The translations under genes were made by a program, and so were the position numbers. DNA of 64,000 bases from Shigella phage SP21535: the sequence record PQ615101; one strand, given 5' to 3'. A model generated the notes under the pieces. That model was not told where the DNA came from, ran no database searches, and saw only the letters and a program-made list of their open reading frames with translations. Positions 8,628-19,439 of this stretch are shown piece by piece; the stretch's first letter is position 1; the number at the start of each line of letters is the position of its first letter.

Positions 8628-9830
8628 ATGAAAGTATGTATTTTTATGGCTCGAGGTCTTGAAGGTTGTGGTGTAACAAAATTCTCACTCGAGCAACGTG
8701 ATTGGTTTATTAAAAATGGTCATGAAGTGACTTTGGTTTATGCTAAAGATAAATCATTTACTCGTAATTGCGCGCATGATTATAAATCATTTTCAATTCC
8801 AGTTTTATTGGCAAAAGAATACGATAAAACACTTAAGCTGGTAAATGATTGTGATATTCTAATTATCAATTCAGTTCCTGCTACTTCGGTTGAAGAAGAC
8901 ACTATTAATAACTATAAAAAAATTATTGATAACATTAAACCTTCTGTTCGTGTTGTAGTTTATCAACATGACCATTCTTCTCTTTCTTTACGCCGAAATT
9001 TGGGATTAGAAGAAACTGTTCGTCGAGCTGATGTTATTTTTAGTCATTCTGACAATGGTGATTTTAATAAAGTTTTAATGAAAGAATGGTATCCAGAAAC
9101 AGTTTCTCTGTTTGATGATATTGAAGAAGCACCGACAGTATATAACTTTCAGCCTCCTATGGATATTGCGAAGGTTCGATCAACCTACTGGAAAGATGTT
9201 TCTGAAATTAACATGAATATCAACCGTTGGATTGGTCGTACGACTACATGGAAAGGCTTTTATCAGATGTTTGATTTTCATGAAAAACATCTTAAACCTG
9301 CAGGACTAAGTACTATTATGGAAGGTCTGGAACGTTCTCCAGCGTTCATTCCTATTAAAGAAAAAGGAATTCCATACGAGTATTATCGTCTTCATCAAGT
9401 AGACCAAATTAAAATTGCTCCTAATTTGCCAACGCAAATTCTCGACCGTTATGTAAATAGCGAAATGCTTGAACGCATGAGTAAATCCGGATTTGGTTAT
9501 CAGCTGAGTAAATTAGATAAAAAATATCTACAACGTTCTTTAGAATATACTCATCTCGAGCTTGGTGCATGCGGAACAATTCCAGTATTTTGGAAATCTA
9601 CGGGCGAAAATTTGAAATTCCGTGTTGATAACACTCCGTTAATTTCTCATGATAGCGGTATCGTTTGGTTTGATGAAAATGACATGGAATCAACATTTGA
9701 ACGTATTAAAGAACTGTCATCTGACCGAGCTCTTTATGACCGTGAACGCGAAAAAGCTTATGAATTTTTGTATCAGCATCAAGATTCAAGCTTCTGCTTT
9801 AAAGAACAGTTTGACATTATTACAAAATAA
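8628..9830 (+). CDS. a-gt: DNA alpha-glucosyltransferase
   Basis: ORF track, 400 aa (the T4 alpha-gt length); recognised N-terminus CIFMARGLEGCGVTKFSLEQRDWFIKNGHEV. Confidence 0.85.
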   Translation: MKVCIFMARGLEGCGVTKFSLEQRDWFIKNGHEVTLVYAKDKSFTRNCAHDYKSFSIPVLLAKEYDKTLKLVNDCDILIINSVPATSVEEDTINNYKKIIDNIKPSVRVVVYQHDHSSLSLRRNLGLEETVRRADVIFSHSDNGDFNKVLMKEWYPETVSLFDDIEEAPTVYNFQPPMDIAKVRSTYWKDVSEINMNINRWIGRTTTWKGFYQMFDFHEKHLKPAGLSTIMEGLERSPAFIPIKEKGIPYEYYRLHQVDQIKIAPNLPTQILDRYVNSEMLERMSKSGFGYQLSKLDKKYLQRSLEYTHLELGACGTIPVFWKSTGENLKFRVDNTPLISHDSGIVWFDENDMESTFERIKELSSDRALYDREREKAYEFLYQHQDSSFCFKEQFDIITK

Positions 9831-9848
9831 AGGGCTTCGGCCCTTTAG
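9830..9848 (+). terminator. Intrinsic terminator candidate (AGGGC-UUCG-GCCCU)
   Basis: Stem-loop directly after the alpha-gt stop; short T-tract. Confidence 0.5.
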
Positions 9849-9869
9849 CTTTATACGGAGTTTGATATA

Positions 9870-10010
9870 ATGATATTTCTTGGATATGTGATACTTTTTC
9901 TTGCATTTTATCTATTCACTAGAGCATGCTGGATTGGGTTCTTTAGCACTTCAGATGGATTTATTTCAATAATTTTATTTTGCATTTCAATGACGGTTCT
10001 TGATATATGA
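9870..10010 (+). CDS. Small hydrophobic ORF (46 aa) between alpha-gt and gene 47 (47.1-like position)
   Basis: Hand-translated MIFLGYVILFLAFYLFTRACWIGFF...; stop overlaps the gene 47 ATG. Confidence 0.35.
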   Translation: MIFLGYVILFLAFYLFTRACWIGFFSTSDGFISIILFCISMTVLDI

Positions 10011-11026
10011 AAATTTTAAATTTAGGTGATTGGCATTTAGGCGTTAAAGCTGATGATGAATGGATTCGCGGTATTCAAATTGATGGAATTAAACAAGCAA
10101 TAGAATATTCTAAGAAAAATGGAATTACTACCTGGATTCAATACGGTGATATTTTTGATGTACGAAAAGCGATCACGCATAAAACTATGGAGTTTGCTCG
10201 TGAAATAGTTCAAATGCTTGATGACGTTGGAATCACATTACATACTATTGTAGGAAATCACGATCTCCACTATAAAAATGTAATGCATCCAAATGCCTCT
10301 ACTGAGCTTTTGGCTAAATATCCTAATGTTAAAGTATATGATAAGCCTACTACAGTAGATTTTGACGGATGTTTGATTGATTTAATTCCTTGGATGTGCG
10401 AAGAAAATACTGGTGAAATTCTTGAACACATCAAAACTTCATCTGCTTCTTTTTGTGTTGGTCACTGGGAGTTGAATGGATTTTATTTTTATAAAGGAAT
10501 GAAATCTCACGGTCTTGAACCTGATTTCCTTAAGACTTATAAAGAGGTGTGGTCTGGTCACTTCCATACTATCTCTGAGGCTGCTAACGTCAGATATATT
10601 GGGACACCATGGACACTAACTGCAGGTGACGAGAATGACCCTCGCGGGTTCTGGATGTTTGATACAGAAACAGAACGAATGGAATTTATTCCAAACAACA
10701 CTACCTGGCATCGTCGAATTCAATATCCATTTAAGGGAAAAATTGACTATAAAGATTTTACAAATCTGTCAGTACGTGTTATAGTAACTGAGGTAGACAA
10801 AAATCTGACGAAGTTCGAATCTGAACTAGAAAAAGTTGTGCATTCATTACGAGTTGTGTCAAAGATTGATAACTCTGTCGAGTCAGATGATAGTGAAGAA
10901 GTTGAAGTTCAATCTCTTCAGACGTTGATGGAAGAATACATTAATGCAATTCCAGACATCACTGATTCTGATCGCGAAGCACTTATTCAATATGCAAATC
11001 AGTTATATGTAGAGGCAACACAATGA
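10007..11026 (+). CDS. 47: Recombination endonuclease subunit gp47 (Mre11-like)
   Basis: ORF track, 339 aa (the T4 gp47 length); phosphoesterase motifs (GDWHLG, GNHD). Confidence 0.9.
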   Translation: MKILNLGDWHLGVKADDEWIRGIQIDGIKQAIEYSKKNGITTWIQYGDIFDVRKAITHKTMEFAREIVQMLDDVGITLHTIVGNHDLHYKNVMHPNASTELLAKYPNVKVYDKPTTVDFDGCLIDLIPWMCEENTGEILEHIKTSSASFCVGHWELNGFYFYKGMKSHGLEPDFLKTYKEVWSGHFHTISEAANVRYIGTPWTLTAGDENDPRGFWMFDTETERMEFIPNNTTWHRRIQYPFKGKIDYKDFTNLSVRVIVTEVDKNLTKFESELEKVVHSLRVVSKIDNSVESDDSEEVEVQSLQTLMEEYINAIPDITDSDREALIQYANQLYVEATQ

Positions 11027-11286
11027 CTTTTGATGAATTTAAAAATGTTATGATGAGTCAGCATTTTGAATGTGAAGTAAAAGATGATATTGGGCATAAA
11101 GAAATTATTGAATATTGGTTTGAACCCCTAGAGGTTGAAGATAATTGTATTAAAAAGGTTACGGTATGCACTGACTGGGCTGTATCTTTTAACTTCAACA
11201 TTTTAGATAATGACACGCCTAAATCATTGCGAGATATGGCTGTATCTTGTATTAAGGATGCATACTGTGAAGTTTTCGACATTTGA
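11023..11286 (+). CDS. Hypothetical protein (87 aa; 46.x position)
   Basis: ORF track. Confidence 0.45.
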   Translation: MTFDEFKNVMMSQHFECEVKDDIGHKEIIEYWFEPLEVEDNCIKKVTVCTDWAVSFNFNILDNDTPKSLRDMAVSCIKDAYCEVFDI

Positions 11287-11473
11287 CATTAACGATGAAT
11301 TCATAGCAAATATTGATTACACCGAAGAAGATTCTAGATATGTTGGAATAATTTATATCACATCAAAAGCAGCGCAAGGTGTTGTTTGCATGGCTGAATT
11401 TGATGAATACTTTTTAGATTATGATGATATGATAGAATGGTCTAAAAGATACATTAAAAGGAATCTTTTGTGA
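11210..11473 (+). CDS. Hypothetical protein (87 aa; 46.x position)
   Basis: ORF track. Confidence 0.45.
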   Translation: MTRLNHCEIWLYLVLRMHTVKFSTFDINDEFIANIDYTEEDSRYVGIIYITSKAAQGVVCMAEFDEYFLDYDDMIEWSKRYIKRNLL

Positions 11474-13152
11474 AGAATTTTAAACTTAATAGAGTAAAAT
11501 ATAAAAATATAATGTCAGTTGGTCAAAATGGGATTGACATTCAATTAGATAAGGTTCAAAAAACTCTTATTACTGGACGAAATGGCGGTGGTAAGTCTAC
11601 TATGTTAGAAGCCATCACATTCGGGCTTTTTGGCAAGCCATTCCGTGATGTAAAGAAAGGTCAATTAATAAACAGCACAAATAAGAAAGAACTTTTAGTT
11701 GAACTGTGGATGGAATATGATGAGAAAAAGTACTATATCAAAAGAGGACAAAAACCAAACGTTTTCGAAATCACCGTTAACGGTACACGTCTTAATGAAT
11801 CTGCCAGCAGTAAAGATTTCCAAGCAGAATTTGAACAGCTTATCGGAATGTCATATGCCAGTTTCAAGCAGATTGTTGTCCTTGGTACAGCAGGGTATAC
11901 CCCTTTCATGGGCCTGTCGACCCCTGCGCGAAGAAAGCTTGTGGAAGACCTGCTCGAAGTAGGAACATTAGCTGAAATGGATAAGCTTAATAAAGCACTA
12001 ATACGTGAATTAAATTCGCAGAACCAAGTGCTTGATGTTAAAAAAGATAGTATTATCCAACAAATTAAAATATATAATGATAACGTTGAACGCCAGAAAA
12101 AATTAACTGGTGACAACCTTACTCGTCTACAAAATATGTATGATGATTTGGCAAAAGAAGCTAGAACGCTAAAATCGGAAATAGAAGAAGCTAATGAAAG
12201 ATTAGTTAATATTGTTTTAGACGAAGACCCGACTGATGCATTTAATAAAATCGGTCAAGAAGCAGTTTTAATTAAATCAAAAATTGACTCGTATAATAAA
12301 GTCATTAATATGTATCACGAAGGTGGATTATGTCCAACCTGCTTGTCACAATTAAGTTCCGGTGATAAAGTTGTTTCTAAAATTAAAGATAAAGTTTCTG
12401 AATGTACGCATTCGTTTGAACAGCTTTCAACACATCGTGATAATTTAAAAGTTCTTGTTGATGAATACCGAGATAATATTAAAACCCAACAGTCGTTGGC
12501 AAATGATATTCGCAATAAAAAGCAATCTCTAATCACGACGGTAGATAAAGCCAAAAAAGTTAAAGCAGCTATAGAAAAAGCATCTTCTGAGTTTATTGAC
12601 CATGCTGATGAAATAGCACTGCTTCAAGAAGAACTTGATAAAATTGTTAAGACAAAAACTAATTTAGTAATGGAAAAATACCACCGAGGAATTTTGACTG
12701 ATATGCTCAAAGATTCTGGTATTAAAGGTGCTATTATTAAAAAGTACATTCCATTATTTAATAAGCAGATTAACCATTATCTTAAAATAATGGAAGCGGA
12801 TTATGTGTTTACATTAGATGAAGAATTTAATGAGACAATTAAATCCCGTGGTCGTGAAGATTTTAGTTATGCTTCATTTAGTGAAGGTGAAAAAGCACGA
12901 ATTGATATTGCTCTTTTATTTACTTGGCGTGATATTGCTTCTATCGTATCTGGTGTTAGTATTAGTACATTAATTCTTGATGAAGTGTTTGATGGGTCAT
13001 TTGATGCCGAAGGTATTAAAGGCGTAGCTAATATTATAAATTCAATGAAAAATACTAATGTTTTTATAATTTCGCATAAAGACCATGACCCGCAAGAATA
13101 TGGTCAGCATCTTCAAATGAAGAAAGTTGGTCGGTTTACTGTAATGGTTTAA
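11470..13152 (+). CDS. 46: Recombination ATPase gp46 (Rad50/SbcC-like)
   Basis: ORF track, 560 aa (the T4 length); Walker A GRNGGGKST; CPTC zinc hook; GTG start. Confidence 0.9.
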   Translation: MKNFKLNRVKYKNIMSVGQNGIDIQLDKVQKTLITGRNGGGKSTMLEAITFGLFGKPFRDVKKGQLINSTNKKELLVELWMEYDEKKYYIKRGQKPNVFEITVNGTRLNESASSKDFQAEFEQLIGMSYASFKQIVVLGTAGYTPFMGLSTPARRKLVEDLLEVGTLAEMDKLNKALIRELNSQNQVLDVKKDSIIQQIKIYNDNVERQKKLTGDNLTRLQNMYDDLAKEARTLKSEIEEANERLVNIVLDEDPTDAFNKIGQEAVLIKSKIDSYNKVINMYHEGGLCPTCLSQLSSGDKVVSKIKDKVSECTHSFEQLSTHRDNLKVLVDEYRDNIKTQQSLANDIRNKKQSLITTVDKAKKVKAAIEKASSEFIDHADEIALLQEELDKIVKTKTNLVMEKYHRGILTDMLKDSGIKGAIIKKYIPLFNKQINHYLKIMEADYVFTLDEEFNETIKSRGREDFSYASFSEGEKARIDIALLFTWRDIASIVSGVSISTLILDEVFDGSFDAEGIKGVANIINSMKNTNVFIISHKDHDPQEYGQHLQMKKVGRFTVMV

Positions 13153-13207
13153 TTTATAAGAGATTATGCTTTAATTTATTAGAGTATAATCTCTATGGAG
13201 GAAAAAC

Positions 13208-13396
13208 ATGGAATATTCAACTGGACAGCATCTATTAACTATTCCTGAAATAAAACGATATATTCTGAGAAATAATTTTTCTAATGAAGAGCATATAGTT
13301 ACTGAATCTATGCTTAAGAATGCATTTAAATCAGAATATACGAAAATAATGTCCAACAGAAATGAAGCTTGGACTGTTACTGATTATTATGACTAA
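13208..13396 (+). CDS. Hypothetical protein (62 aa)
   Basis: ORF track. Confidence 0.4.
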   Translation: MEYSTGQHLLTIPEIKRYILRNNFSNEEHIVTESMLKNAFKSEYTKIMSNRNEAWTVTDYYD

Positions 13397-13405
13397 AGGT
13401 GTATT

Positions 13406-13795
13406 ATGACTAAAATTACTGTGAATTATACTGTTGATGTAAAAGATATTCAGCCAAAACACGTGCGTTCTGATTCAAATCCACAAAACCAAAATAAAAT
13501 TCGTCGAGCATGGGTTTTGTCTCTTTCTGATAACGCAATGGAAGTTATTCAGAACAAAATTAAATCTGCACCTGCTCGTCATGTGTATTATGAAGCTATC
13601 GATCGTGAAGTAAGTAATAAATGGATTGAACTAATGCGCAAACATACTACAGAATCCCTAAACGCCGGTGCTAAATTTATTATGACTTCATGTGGTGAAC
13701 GCCTTGAAGATGAATATTGCGGTAATGCAGATGAACGTCTAATTGTTGCTGCTCAACTTGTTGCGGAAACAATTGCGGCTGATTTTAATCGTTAA
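13406..13795 (+). CDS. rpbA: RNA polymerase binding protein RpbA
   Basis: ORF track, 129 aa; position between 46 and 45 as in T4; recognised sequence. Confidence 0.75.
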   Translation: MTKITVNYTVDVKDIQPKHVRSDSNPQNQNKIRRAWVLSLSDNAMEVIQNKIKSAPARHVYYEAIDREVSNKWIELMRKHTTESLNAGAKFIMTSCGERLEDEYCGNADERLIVAAQLVAETIAADFNR

Positions 13796-13850
13796 TTGCT
13801 TTATTAAATTAGTTATAAAATTAAATCTCATTTGAATTGAAGGAAATTAC

Positions 13851-14537
13851 ATGAAACTGTCTAAAGATACGCTGAATATTTTGAAAAATTTCGCTACTAT
13901 TAACTCCGGTATTATGCTTAAATCTGGTCAATTTATTATGACTCGCGCGGTTAATGGTACCACTTATGCGGAAGCAAATATTTCTGACGTTATTGATTTT
14001 GATGTAGCGATTTACGATTTGAACGGTTTTCTCGGTATTCTGTCTCTAGTTAATGATGATGCAGAAATTTCCCAGTCAGAAGATGGTAATATTAAAATTG
14101 CTGATGCTCGCTCAACAATTTTTTGGCCAGCAGCCGATCCGAGTACAGTAGTTGCTCCTAATAAACCAATTCCATTCCCGGTAGCATCTGTTGTTACTGA
14201 AATTAAAGCTGAAGACCTTCAACAGCTGTTGCGTGTATCTCGTGGTCTGCAGATTGATACAATTGCTATCACAGTAAAAGAAGGTAAAATCGTAATTAAT
14301 GGTTTTAATAAAGTGGAAGATTCTGCTTTGACTCGTGTTAAATATTCTTTGACTCTTGGTGATTATGATGGTGAAAATACATTTAATTTCATTATCAATA
14401 TGGCAAATATGAAAATGCAACCAGGAAATTATAAACTTCTGCTCTGGGCAAAAGGTAAACAAGGTGCTGCTAAATTTGAAGGTGAACACGCGAATTATGT
14501 AGTAGCTCTTGAAGCTGATTCTACCCACGATTTTTAA
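13851..14537 (+). CDS. 45: Sliding clamp gp45
   Basis: ORF track, 228 aa (the T4 length); recognised sequence. Confidence 0.9.
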   Translation: MKLSKDTLNILKNFATINSGIMLKSGQFIMTRAVNGTTYAEANISDVIDFDVAIYDLNGFLGILSLVNDDAEISQSEDGNIKIADARSTIFWPAADPSTVVAPNKPIPFPVASVVTEIKAEDLQQLLRVSRGLQIDTIAITVKEGKIVINGFNKVEDSALTRVKYSLTLGDYDGENTFNFIINMANMKMQPGNYKLLLWAKGKQGAAKFEGEHANYVVALEADSTHDF

Positions 14538-14540
14538 TAG

Positions 14541-14558
14541 AGGGCTTCGGCCCTTTAT
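14541..14558 (+). terminator. Stem-loop AGGGC-UUCG-GCCCU after gene 45 (terminator or RNA-processing hairpin)
   Basis: GGGCTTCGGCCC plus TTT. Confidence 0.5.
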
Positions 14559-14588
14559 AATTTACACTAAAACTTGAATGAGGAAATT

Positions 14589-15548
14589 ATGATTACTGTA
14601 AATGAAAAAGAACACATTCTTGAACAGAAATATCGTCCATCTACTATCGATGAATGTATTCTTCCCGCCTTTGATAAAGAAACCTTTAAATCTATTACAA
14701 GTAAAGGTAAAATTCCACATATTATTCTTCATTCTCCTTCTCCAGGAACAGGTAAAACAACCGTAGCAAAAGCATTATGTCATGATGTAAATGCTGATAT
14801 GATGTTTGTGAATGGGTCAGATTGTAAAATTGATTTCGTTCGCGGTCCTTTGACTAATTTTGCTAGTGCAGCTTCATTTGATGGTCGTCAAAAAGTAATT
14901 GTTATTGATGAATTTGACCGTTCAGGGTTAGCAGAGTCTCAGCGACATCTTCGTTCCTTTATGGAAGCTTATAGTTCAAACTGTAGTATTATTATTACTG
15001 CTAACAATATTGATGGTATTATTAAACCGCTTCAGTCACGCTGCCGAGTTATTACGTTCGGTCAACCGACCGATGAAGATAAAATTGAAATGATGAAGCA
15101 GATGATTCGTCGATTGACTGAAATCTGTAAGCATGAAGGAATTGCTATAGCTGATATGAAAGTTGTAGCAGCTTTGGTTAAAAAGAATTTTCCTGATTTT
15201 CGTAAAACTATTGGCGAGCTCGATAGTTATTCATCTAAAGGTGTTTTGGATGCTGGTATTTTATCACTGGTTACTAACGATCGTGGTGCTATTGATGATG
15301 TTCTTGAGTCTCTCAAAAATAAAGATGTTAAACAACTCAGAGCTTTAGCACCAAAATATGCGGCTGATTATTCGTGGTTCGTTGGTAAACTTGCCGAAGA
15401 AATTTATACACGCGTAACTCCACAAAGTATTATTCGTATGTATGAAATTGTTGGTGAAAATAACCAGTATCATGGAATTGCGGCTAATACGGAATTACAT
15501 TTAGCATATCTTTTCATTCAATTGGCATGTGAAATGCAGTGGAAGTGA
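14589..15548 (+). CDS. 44: Clamp loader large subunit gp44
   Basis: ORF track 14574..15548; ATG at 14589 gives 319 aa (the T4 length); Walker A GTGKTT. Confidence 0.9.
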   Translation: MITVNEKEHILEQKYRPSTIDECILPAFDKETFKSITSKGKIPHIILHSPSPGTGKTTVAKALCHDVNADMMFVNGSDCKIDFVRGPLTNFASAASFDGRQKVIVIDEFDRSGLAESQRHLRSFMEAYSSNCSIIITANNIDGIIKPLQSRCRVITFGQPTDEDKIEMMKQMIRRLTEICKHEGIAIADMKVVAALVKKNFPDFRKTIGELDSYSSKGVLDAGILSLVTNDRGAIDDVLESLKNKDVKQLRALAPKYAADYSWFVGKLAEEIYTRVTPQSIIRMYEIVGENNQYHGIAANTELHLAYLFIQLACEMQWK

Positions 15549-15549
15549 T

Positions 15550-16113
15550 ATGAGCTTATTTGAAGATGATATTCAATTAAACGAGCATCAAGTTGCTTGG
15601 TATTCTAAAGATTGGACAGCTGTCCAATCCGCTGCTGATTCTTTTAAAGAAAAAGCTGAAAATGAGTTTTTTGAAATAATTGGAGCTATTAATAATAAAA
15701 CTAAATGCTCTATTGCTCAAAAAGATTATTCAAAATACATGGTTGAGAATGCATTATCACAATTTCCTGAATGCATGCCAGCTGTATATGCTATGAATTT
15801 AATTGGATCAGGTTTAAGCGATGAAGCCCATTTTAATTATCTGATGGCTGCTGTTCCTCGGGGTAAAAGATATGGTAAATGGGCAAAACTGGTCGAAGAT
15901 TCTACCGAAGTATTGATTATTAAGTTACTTGCTAAGCGGTATCAAGTTAATACAAATGATGCAATTAACTATAAATCAATTCTTACTAAAAATGGAAAAC
16001 TTCCTTTAGTATTAAAAGAACTAAAAGGTTTAGTCACGGATGATTTTTTGAAAGAAGTGACTAAGAACGTAAAAGAACAGAAACAACTTAAAAAACTAGC
16101 ATTGGAATGGTAA
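15550..16113 (+). CDS. 62: Clamp loader small subunit gp62
   Basis: ORF track 15529..16113; ATG at 15550 gives 187 aa. Confidence 0.85.
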   Translation: MSLFEDDIQLNEHQVAWYSKDWTAVQSAADSFKEKAENEFFEIIGAINNKTKCSIAQKDYSKYMVENALSQFPECMPAVYAMNLIGSGLSDEAHFNYLMAAVPRGKRYGKWAKLVEDSTEVLIIKLLAKRYQVNTNDAINYKSILTKNGKLPLVLKELKGLVTDDFLKEVTKNVKEQKQLKKLALEW

Positions 16114-16114
16114 A

Positions 16115-16483
16115 ATGATTGAAATTACTCTTAAAAAACCTGAAGATTTTCTGAAAGTAAAAGAAACTTTGACTCGTATGGGAATTGCTAATAATAAAGA
16201 TAAAGTTCTGTATCAGTCCTGCCACATTCTTCAGAAAAAAGGACTATACTATATCGTTCATTTTAAAGAAATGCTTCGTATGGATGGTCGTCAAGTTGAA
16301 ATGACAGAAGAAGATGAAGTTCGTCGTGATTCGATTGCATGGCTGTTAGAAGATTGGGGACTGATTGAAATCGTTCCTGGTCAAAGAACTTTTATGAAAG
16401 ATTTAACTAATAACTTCCGAGTTATTTCTTTTAAACAAAAACACGAATGGAAACTCGTTCCTAAATATACGATTGGTAATTAA
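16115..16483 (+). CDS. regA: Translational repressor RegA
   Basis: ORF track, 122 aa; recognised sequence. Confidence 0.9.
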   Translation: MIEITLKKPEDFLKVKETLTRMGIANNKDKVLYQSCHILQKKGLYYIVHFKEMLRMDGRQVEMTEEDEVRRDSIAWLLEDWGLIEIVPGQRTFMKDLTNNFRVISFKQKHEWKLVPKYTIGN

Positions 16484-16485
16484 GC

Positions 16486-16508
16486 AAGGGGCTTCGGCCC
16501 CTTATTTG
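16486..16508 (+). terminator. Intrinsic terminator (AAGGGGC-UUCG-GCCCCUU plus T-tract)
   Basis: Perfect 7-bp stem with UUCG loop after regA. Confidence 0.6.
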
Positions 16509-16519
16509 GAGTATAATAT

Positions 16520-16561
16520 ATCAAGAGCCTAATAACTCGGGCTATAAACTAAGGAATATCT
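16520..16561 (+). promoter_or_regulatory. Gene 43 5' leader with a small hairpin; candidate autogenous translational operator
   Basis: Short stem-loop (AGCC...GGCU) immediately upstream of the gene 43 RBS AAGGAA; the T4 gp43 operator is established at this position. Confidence 0.4.
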
Positions 16562-19258
16562 ATGAAAGAATTTTATATCTCTATCGAAACAGTCGGAAAT
16601 AATATTGTTGAGCGTTATATTGATGAAAACGGAAAGGAACGTACTCGTGAAGTAGAATATCTTCCGACTATGTTTAGGCACTGTAAGGAAGAGTCAAAGT
16701 ACAAAGACATTTATGGTAAAAATTGCGCTCCTCAAAAATTTCCATCAATGAAAGATGCACGAGACTGGATGAAGCGAATGGAAGACATCGGTCTCGAAGC
16801 TCTTGGTATGAACGATTTTAAACTCGCTTATATCAGTGATACATATGGTTCAGAAATTGTTTATGACCGAAAATTTGTTCGTATAGCTAACTGTGACATT
16901 GAGGTTACTGGTGATAAATTTCCTGACCCAATGAAAGCAGAATATGAAATTGATGCTATCACTCATTACGATTCAATTGACGATCGTTTTTATGTTTTCG
17001 ACCTTTTGAATTCAATGTACGGTTCAGTATCAAAATGGGATGCAAAGTTAGCTGCTAAGCTTGACTGTGAAGGTGGTGATGAAGTTCCTCAAGAAATTCT
17101 TGACCGAGTAATTTATATGCCATTCGATAATGAGCGTGATATGCTCATGGAATATATTAATCTCTGGGAACAGAAACGACCGGCTATTTTTACCGGTTGG
17201 AACATTGAGGGATTTGACGTTCCGTATATCATGAATCGTGTTAAAATGGTTCTCGGCGAACGTAGTATGAAACGTTTCTCTCCAATCGGTCGGGTAAAAT
17301 CTAAACTAATTCAAAATGTGTACGGTAGCAAAGAAATTTATTCTATTGATGGCGTATCTATTCTTGATTATTTAGATTTGTACAAGAAATTCGCATTTAC
17401 TAATTTGCCGTCATTCTCTTTGGAATCAGTTGCTCAACATGAAACCAAAAAAGGTAAATTACCATACGACGGTCCTATTAATAAACTTCGTGAGACTAAT
17501 CATCAACGATACATTAGTTATAACATCATTGACGTAGAATCAGTTCAAGCAATTGATAAAATTCGCGGGTTTATCGATCTAGTTTTAAGTATGTCTTATT
17601 ACGCTAAAATGCCTTTTTCTGGTGTAATGAGTCCTATTAAAACTTGGGATGCTATTATTTTTAACTCATTGAAAGGTGAACATAAGGTTATTCCTCAACA
17701 GGGTTCGCACGTTAAACAGAGTTTTCCGGGTGCATTTGTGTTTGAACCTAAACCAATTGCTCGTCGATATATTATGAGTTTTGACTTGACGTCTCTGTAT
17801 CCTAGCATTATTCGTCAGGTTAACATTAGTCCTGAGACTATTCGTGGGCAGTTTAAAGTTCATCCAATTCATGAATATATTGCAGGAACAGCTCCTAAGC
17901 CAAGTGATGAATATTCTTGCTCTCCGAATGGATGGATGTATGATAAGCATCAAGAAGGTATCATTCCAAAGGAAATCGCTAAAGTATTTTTCCAGCGTAA
18001 AGATTGGAAAAAGAAAATGTTCGCTGAAGAAATGAATGCCGAAGCTATTAAAAAGATTATTATGAAAGGCGCAGGGTCTTGTTCAACTAAACCAGAAGTT
18101 GAACGATATGTTAAGTTCAGTGATGATTTCTTAAATGAACTATCAAATTACACCGAATCTGTTCTTAATAGTCTGATCGAAGAATGTGAAAAAGCAGCTA
18201 CACTTGCTAACACAAATCAGCTGAACCGTAAAATTCTTATCAACAGTCTTTATGGTGCTCTTGGTAATATTCATTTCCGTTACTATGATTTGCGAAATGC
18301 TACTGCTATCACAATTTTCGGTCAAGTTGGTATTCAGTGGATTGCTCGTAAAATTAATGAATACCTGAATAAGGTGTGTGGAACTGATGGTGAAGATTTC
18401 ATCGCGGCGGGTGATACTGATTCGGTATATGTTTGTGTAGATAAAGTAATTGAAAAAGTAGGTCTTGACCGCTTTAAAGAACAAAATGATTTAGTTGAAT
18501 TCATGAATCAGTTCGGTAAGAAAAAGATGGAACCTATGATTGATGTTGCATATCGTGAGTTATGTGATTATATGAATAACCGCGAGCATCTGATGCATAT
18601 GGACCGTGAAGCTATTTCTTGCCCTCCGCTTGGTTCAAAGGGTGTTGGTGGATTTTGGAAAGCGAAAAAACGTTATGCTCTGAACGTTTATGATATGGAA
18701 GATAAGCGATTTGCTGAACCACATCTAAAAATCATGGGTATGGAAACTCAGCAGAGTTCAACACCAAAAGCAGTACAAGAAGCTCTCGAAGAAAGTATTC
18801 GTCGTATTCTTCAGGAAGGCGAAGAGTCTGTCCAAGAATACTATAAGAACTTTGAGAAAGAATATCGTCAACTTGATTATAAAGTTATTGCTGAAGTAAA
18901 AACCGCGAACGATATAGCGAAATATGATGATAAAGGTTGGCCAGGGTTTAAATGCCCGTTCCATATTCGTGGGGTGCTAACTTATCGTCGAGCTGTTAGT
19001 GGTTTAGGTGTAGCTCCAATTTTGGATGGAAATAAGGTAATGGTTCTTCCATTACGTGAGGGAAATCCATTTGGTGACAAGTGCATTGCTTGGCCATCGG
19101 GTACGGAACTTCCAAAAGAAATTCGTTCTGATGTACTGTCTTGGATTGACTACTCAACTTTGTTCCAAAAATCGTTTGTTAAACCACTTGCGGGCATGTG
19201 TGAATCGGCAGGTATGGACTATGAGGAAAAAGCTTCGTTAGACTTCCTGTTTGGCTGA
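16562..19258 (+). CDS. 43: DNA polymerase gp43 (family B)
   Basis: ORF track, 898 aa (the T4 length); exo and polymerase motifs; recognised sequence. Confidence 0.95.
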   Translation: MKEFYISIETVGNNIVERYIDENGKERTREVEYLPTMFRHCKEESKYKDIYGKNCAPQKFPSMKDARDWMKRMEDIGLEALGMNDFKLAYISDTYGSEIVYDRKFVRIANCDIEVTGDKFPDPMKAEYEIDAITHYDSIDDRFYVFDLLNSMYGSVSKWDAKLAAKLDCEGGDEVPQEILDRVIYMPFDNERDMLMEYINLWEQKRPAIFTGWNIEGFDVPYIMNRVKMVLGERSMKRFSPIGRVKSKLIQNVYGSKEIYSIDGVSILDYLDLYKKFAFTNLPSFSLESVAQHETKKGKLPYDGPINKLRETNHQRYISYNIIDVESVQAIDKIRGFIDLVLSMSYYAKMPFSGVMSPIKTWDAIIFNSLKGEHKVIPQQGSHVKQSFPGAFVFEPKPIARRYIMSFDLTSLYPSIIRQVNISPETIRGQFKVHPIHEYIAGTAPKPSDEYSCSPNGWMYDKHQEGIIPKEIAKVFFQRKDWKKKMFAEEMNAEAIKKIIMKGAGSCSTKPEVERYVKFSDDFLNELSNYTESVLNSLIEECEKAATLANTNQLNRKILINSLYGALGNIHFRYYDLRNATAITIFGQVGIQWIARKINEYLNKVCGTDGEDFIAAGDTDSVYVCVDKVIEKVGLDRFKEQNDLVEFMNQFGKKKMEPMIDVAYRELCDYMNNREHLMHMDREAISCPPLGSKGVGGFWKAKKRYALNVYDMEDKRFAEPHLKIMGMETQQSSTPKAVQEALEESIRRILQEGEESVQEYYKNFEKEYRQLDYKVIAEVKTANDIAKYDDKGWPGFKCPFHIRGVLTYRRAVSGLGVAPILDGNKVMVLPLREGNPFGDKCIAWPSGTELPKEIRSDVLSWIDYSTLFQKSFVKPLAGMCESAGMDYEEKASLDFLFG

Positions 19259-19270
19259 TAGAATAAATCT

Positions 19271-19293
19271 AGGGACCTCCGGGTCCCTTTTTC
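19271..19293 (+). terminator. Intrinsic terminator (AGGGACC-UCCG-GGUCCCU plus TTTTT)
   Basis: 7-bp stem and T-run 13 nt after the gene 43 stop. Confidence 0.65.
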
Positions 19294-19375
19294 ATACAAG
19301 TAATATAAATCTATACTTAGGAAAAATAGATGATTCTGGACCTCTGGAATTCATTAAAAATTTTTTCACAAAACT

Positions 19376-19405
19376 GTTTACATCCCCGTTCTTCCATGGT
19401 ACTAT
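19376..19405 (+). promoter_or_regulatory. T4 early-type promoter (GTTTAC, 18-nt spacer, TGGTACTAT) with conserved leader
   Basis: -35 at 19376-19381, -10 TACTAT at 19400-19405; leader shared with four other loci. Confidence 0.55.
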
Positions 19406-19439
19406 ACAACTATCAACTGATACGGATTTGGAGAATAAA

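Noticed and set aside
9649-9870. 73-aa ORF overlapping the 3' end of alpha-gt
   Set aside because: It overlaps alpha-gt in another frame and spans the alpha-gt terminator hairpin; likely spurious.
11733-12116. 127-aa - strand ORF inside gene 46, and similar antisense ORFs at 14112..14528, 17666..17953, 18143..18484 and 41148..41558
   Set aside because: They lie fully inside well-supported + strand core genes, have no RBS or promoter, and are typical spurious reverse-frame ORFs in AT-rich DNA.
19251-19439. 5' extension of ORF-track entry 19251..19820 (TTG start inside the gene 43 stop region)
   Set aside because: The extension runs through the gene 43 terminator and an early promoter; the in-frame ATG at 19440 with RBS and signal peptide is the credible start.
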